NCBI GenBank assembly: GCA_963663965.2 | Contig: CAXXFK010000020.1 | Location: 290,392 to 354,391, forward strand | DNA: 64,000 bases | Origin: Sedimentisphaerales bacterium | GTDB lineage: Bacteria > Planctomycetota > Phycisphaerae > Sedimentisphaerales > SM23-30 | Reading direction: 5' to 3' | Part shown: piece after piece, positions 60,628 through 64,000 of the stretch | How positions within the stretch are numbered: the first letter of the stretch is position 1 | Layout of the letters: each line of letters opens with the position of its first letter | Notes under the pieces: model-generated | Told to the model about the DNA's origin: nothing | Seen by the model: the letters and a program-made list of their open reading frames with translations, nothing else | Databases searched by the model: none | Position numbers and translations under genes: made by a program

Positions 60628-63348
60628 TTATTTACACTCCAGCCAGTTCTCACCCACGCCGGTATCCACCACAATCGGCACCTCCAACTGCATCGCACCG
60701 CTCATTGCCTCGATCACCAGCTGCCGGGCCGGTTCCACCTCATCGCGCGGAGCCTCCAGCACCAGTTCATCATGCACCTGTAACAGCAGCTGATACGGCA
60801 GTTTGCCGGCTTTGATCCGGCGGTGAAGATCGATCATGGCTAGTTTGATCAGATCCGCCGCCGAACCCTGCACCGCGGTATTCACCGCCATACGTTCAGC
60901 CAGTTTACGCTGACTGAAATTACGGCTGGTAATATCCCGGATAGGTCGTTGACGCCCCAGAATGGTTTTAACATAACCGGTTCGGGCCGTTTCGGCGATC
61001 ACCCCATCCATAAATCCCCGGATACCCGGATACCGTTCAAAATAGCTGTCGATAAACTGCTGGGCCTCCCCCTGGCTGATGCCAATCCCTTTACTCAATC
61101 CAAAAGCGGTCTGGCCGTAAATGATCCCGAAGTTAACCGCCTTGGCCTTGCTGCGCTGATCCGAGGTAACCTCATCCGGCGCGACATTGTACACCTGCGA
61201 CGCGACAAAACGATGAATATCCGCCCCGCTGCGAAACGCCGCCAGCAGTTTTTCATCGCCGCTCAGATGCGCCAGCATCCGCAACTCGATCTGAGAATAA
61301 TCCGCCGCCAGTAGCACATGATCCTTATCGCCCGGCACAAACGCCTTACGAATCGCGCGCCCCAGTTCCGTACGCACCGGGATATTCTGCAAATTGGGAT
61401 CGCTGCTGCTTAACCGGCCGGTCGCCGCGCCGGTCTGATTAAAGCTGCAATGAATACGGCCGGTGCGGGAATTGATCATTGTCGGCAGTTTGTCAATATA
61501 GGTATTCTTCAACTTGCTGAGTTGGCGATATTCCAGAATATCATCGATGATCGGATGGCGTCCCTGCAATCCTTCCAATACTGACTGATCGGTTGAATAA
61601 CCGGTCTGGGTCTTCTTGCCCGTGGGCAACCCCAGTTTGCCAAACAGCACCTCTCCCAGTTGTTTGGGTGAATCGATATTGAACGAACAGCCGGCATGGC
61701 CATGGATCGCGCGAGTCAGTTCTTCCAGCCGGTCGGCCACCTGGCCGTTCAGCGAACGAAGCGTCGCGGTATCCAGCGCGATCCCGTTATGTTCCATCTC
61801 CGCCAGTACCGCAACCAGCGGCATCTCAACCTGGTCGAACAACCGCCGCAGATCCGGATCGGTCAGCCGCGCTTCCAGATACTGCCGCAACCGCAAGGTA
61901 ATATCCGCGTCTTCCGCCGCGTAATCCCGCGCCAGCGTCGGCTCCACCTGATCGAAAGTGATCTGCTTTTTACCCTTGCCGATCAGCGAGTCCAGCTTGA
62001 TGGTTTCATGGCCCAGAAAGTCCCGCGCCATCGCGTCCATATTATGCGCCCGCTCGCTGTCCAGCAGAAAGCTGGCCAGCATGGTATCGAACTCCACCCC
62101 TGCCAGCTGAATACCCGCCTGACGCAGCACGATCTGATCATACTTGATATTCTGCCCGGTTTTTTTGATCGTTTCCGACTCCAGGGTCGGCCGCAACGCC
62201 TCCAATGTTTGGGCCCGGTCCAGATGCTGTTCACCGAACGGTGTCATAAACGCCAGGTAATACGCCTCGCCCGGCTGCCAGGCAAAACTCATTCCCACCA
62301 GTTCCACCGCCATGGCGTCCAGCCCGGTGGTTTCGGTATCCACGGCAAAATGGTTCTGTTGCTCTAAAACCTGCATGAAAGCCGCAAAGCCTTCCGGCGT
62401 GTTCACCAGTGTATAATTGGTCTCTGCCACCGGTGCCGCTGCCGGCCCTTCATCAAACAGGGTTCCACCGGCTGACGGAACCGGCGCAACATCTCGTAAA
62501 TTATATTGATCCAGTAATCGGCTAAAACCCAGCTCACTGAAGATCCCGGCCAGCCTTTCCTTGTCCCATGGCTTCATGCCAAACCGGTCCCAGTCAATTT
62601 CCATCGGCACATTCCGGTCAATCGTCACCAGCTGCCGCGATAATTCCAACTGGTCCAGATTCGACCGCAGGCTCTCGCCCCGTTTGCCCTTGATTTCATC
62701 TTTACGCGCCAGCAACACCTCCAGCGAGCCATATTCCTGTATCCATTTCGCCGCCACACCCGGCCCGACCATCGGCACCCCCGGCACATTATCCGAGGTA
62801 TCGCCCGCCAGCGCCAGCACATCCACCACCTGGTCCGGCCGGATCCCTTTTGCCTGCTCCAGGCTGGCCGCGTCCGTCTCTTCATCTTTACGTGGATCAT
62901 ACATCTTCACCCCGGCGGTAATCAGCTGCTCCAGGTCTTTATCCTTCGAACAGACCCACGCCTGATATCCCTCCTGGTCAGCCCGTGTCGTCAGGGTCCC
63001 GATGATATCATCCGCCTCGTAACCCGGCAGCCGGATCACCGGAATATTCATCGCCGCCAGAATCGTATCGATCCGGTCAATCTGGGCGGGCAGATCCTCC
63101 GGCATCGCCTGACGATTGGCTTTATACGCTTCGTACATCTCATGCCGGAACGACGGCCCCGGCGCGTCCATCGCCACCACCAGCATATCCGGTTTCCGCT
63201 CGTGTATCAGCTTGAGCAGCATAGTGGTAAAGATATAGGTCGCCTTGGTCGGCTCACCCCCCGGCGCCGTCAGATTCGAGCCCATCGGCGCGTAATAAGC
63301 CGCATAAATCTGGGCGTGCCCGTCAATGATATACAATGTCTTACTCAT
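60628..63348 (-). CDS. polA: DNA polymerase I
   Basis: IIDGH, EADDIIGT, GDTSDNVPGV, DTETTG, TGRLSSSDPNLQNIP, DYSQIELR, KAVNFGIIYG and LQVHDELV. Likely start is ATG 63348. Confidence 0.98.
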   Translation of the reverse strand: MSKTLYIIDGHAQIYAAYYAPMGSNLTAPGGEPTKATYIFTTMLLKLIHERKPDMLVVAMDAPGPSFRHEMYEAYKANRQAMPEDLPAQIDRIDTILAAMNIPVIRLPGYEADDIIGTLTTRADQEGYQAWVCSKDKDLEQLITAGVKMYDPRKDEETDAASLEQAKGIRPDQVVDVLALAGDTSDNVPGVPMVGPGVAAKWIQEYGSLEVLLARKDEIKGKRGESLRSNLDQLELSRQLVTIDRNVPMEIDWDRFGMKPWDKERLAGIFSELGFSRLLDQYNLRDVAPVPSAGGTLFDEGPAAAPVAETNYTLVNTPEGFAAFMQVLEQQNHFAVDTETTGLDAMAVELVGMSFAWQPGEAYYLAFMTPFGEQHLDRAQTLEALRPTLESETIKKTGQNIKYDQIVLRQAGIQLAGVEFDTMLASFLLDSERAHNMDAMARDFLGHETIKLDSLIGKGKKQITFDQVEPTLARDYAAEDADITLRLRQYLEARLTDPDLRRLFDQVEMPLVAVLAEMEHNGIALDTATLRSLNGQVADRLEELTRAIHGHAGCSFNIDSPKQLGEVLFGKLGLPTGKKTQTGYSTDQSVLEGLQGRHPIIDDILEYRQLSKLKNTYIDKLPTMINSRTGRIHCSFNQTGAATGRLSSSDPNLQNIPVRTELGRAIRKAFVPGDKDHVLLAADYSQIELRMLAHLSGDEKLLAAFRSGADIHRFVASQVYNVAPDEVTSDQRSKAKAVNFGIIYGQTAFGLSKGIGISQGEAQQFIDSYFERYPGIRGFMDGVIAETARTGYVKTILGRQRPIRDITSRNFSQRKLAERMAVNTAVQGSAADLIKLAMIDLHRRIKAGKLPYQLLLQVHDELVLEAPRDEVEPARQLVIEAMSGAMQLEVPIVVDTGVGENWLECK

Positions 63349-63446
63349 CGCCCCAGTGTAATCACAAACGTCGCCCGGATAAAGCGAAATTTTATCCCCC
63401 ACATTCAAAGACCGGTCTGCTGATCCATAAACCATCATTCTTTAAT

Positions 63447-63490
63447 AAAAATCAGGGCGTAATCTATCAATTATAGTTACGCCCTGAAAA
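63447..63490 (-). terminator. Terminator-like hairpin
   Basis: TCAGGGCGTAA...TTACGCCCTGA with a T-run on the minus strand. Confidence 0.7.
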
Positions 63491-63518
63491 CCATTTTCAA
63501 ACTATCGATATTTAAGGT

Positions 63519-64000
63519 TTATTCAACCAGCCAGTCCTGGGCCATCAATTGCAAGTCAAGTGCATCGACTTTGCTATCACCGCCCAGCGGCATGATATCC
63601 TCTGGAATAATCGTACCCGTCATCAGCCATTGCGTACTCAATCGGGCAAAATCGATCAGGTTGACAAAACCATCTTCATTTAAATCCGTAATCCGGCCCA
63701 GGTTAAAATAATCGACCCGCATCGAAACATTGATATCGTCGTAGCTGGCGGAATTACGGTAGTTGATCTGGCCCAGCCTTACTTTGACTGGAGTGACCGC
63801 AGCGTCATCCAATAGCGTCAACGGCGCGGACCATTCCGTTTCGCCCTTGATGCGATAAACCATCTGCATGACCTGACCATCCCAGTCGATGTGAATATCA
63901 TACCATTGGGTCTGGTCGATATTCGGTCCGGCTATCAGTGAATCCAGCAAACCATACTTAAGGTCTGCCATCATTTTTATTATCAAACACGCAGGATACC
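63519..64000 (-). CDS. C-terminal part of a protein with a dockerin-like tail (probably starts beyond the window)
   Basis: DLNEDGFVNLIDFARLSTQWL...GDSKVDALDLQLMAQDWL. Confidence 0.7.
   Translation of the reverse strand, partial: YPACLIIKMMADLKYGLLDSLIAGPNIDQTQWYDIHIDWDGQVMQMVYRIKGETEWSAPLTLLDDAAVTPVKVRLGQINYRNSASYDDINVSMRVDYFNLGRITDLNEDGFVNLIDFARLSTQWLMTGTIIPEDIMPLGGDSKVDALDLQLMAQDWLVE

Overview
A 64-kb bacterial chromosome segment. Gene content suggests Planctomycetota, probably Phycisphaerae/Sedimentisphaerales-like: secreted LamG/Ig proteins with dockerin-like tails, PEP-CTERM proteins and a polA..coaE-rho neighbourhood. This taxonomy is inferred, not tested. In order the window holds: an IS next to a 5'-truncated D-cysteine desulfhydrase; a MITE; floA; a complete stand-alone hypF/hypCDEAB hydrogenase-maturation cluster; a GspE-like ATPase; a hybrid histidine kinase; two large LamG proteins; an array of orphan Rhs toxin/immunity cassettes (about 24.8-31.6 kb); an alpha-mannan/mannoside locus (GH97, GxGYxYP, GH125, ROK, MFS, two GH92, GH130) joined to a Frw-like PTS and an AraC regulator; and rho, coaE, a two-gene secreted-protein module and polA. 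The PTS/AraC stretch carries many +1 homopolymer frameshifts that look like sequencing errors. The most interesting signals are: (1) Rhs cassettes with unrecognised toxin tips, GspG-like candidate immunity genes and 9-bp-periodic motifs at the cassette junctions; (2) a dispersed intergenic element of fixed geometry (AAACRAASCCAWT + TAA-N19-TTA) in three copies, one interrupted by the MITE; (3) an apparently circularly permuted NPCBM domain inside GH97. No rRNA, tRNA or CRISPR array was seen.
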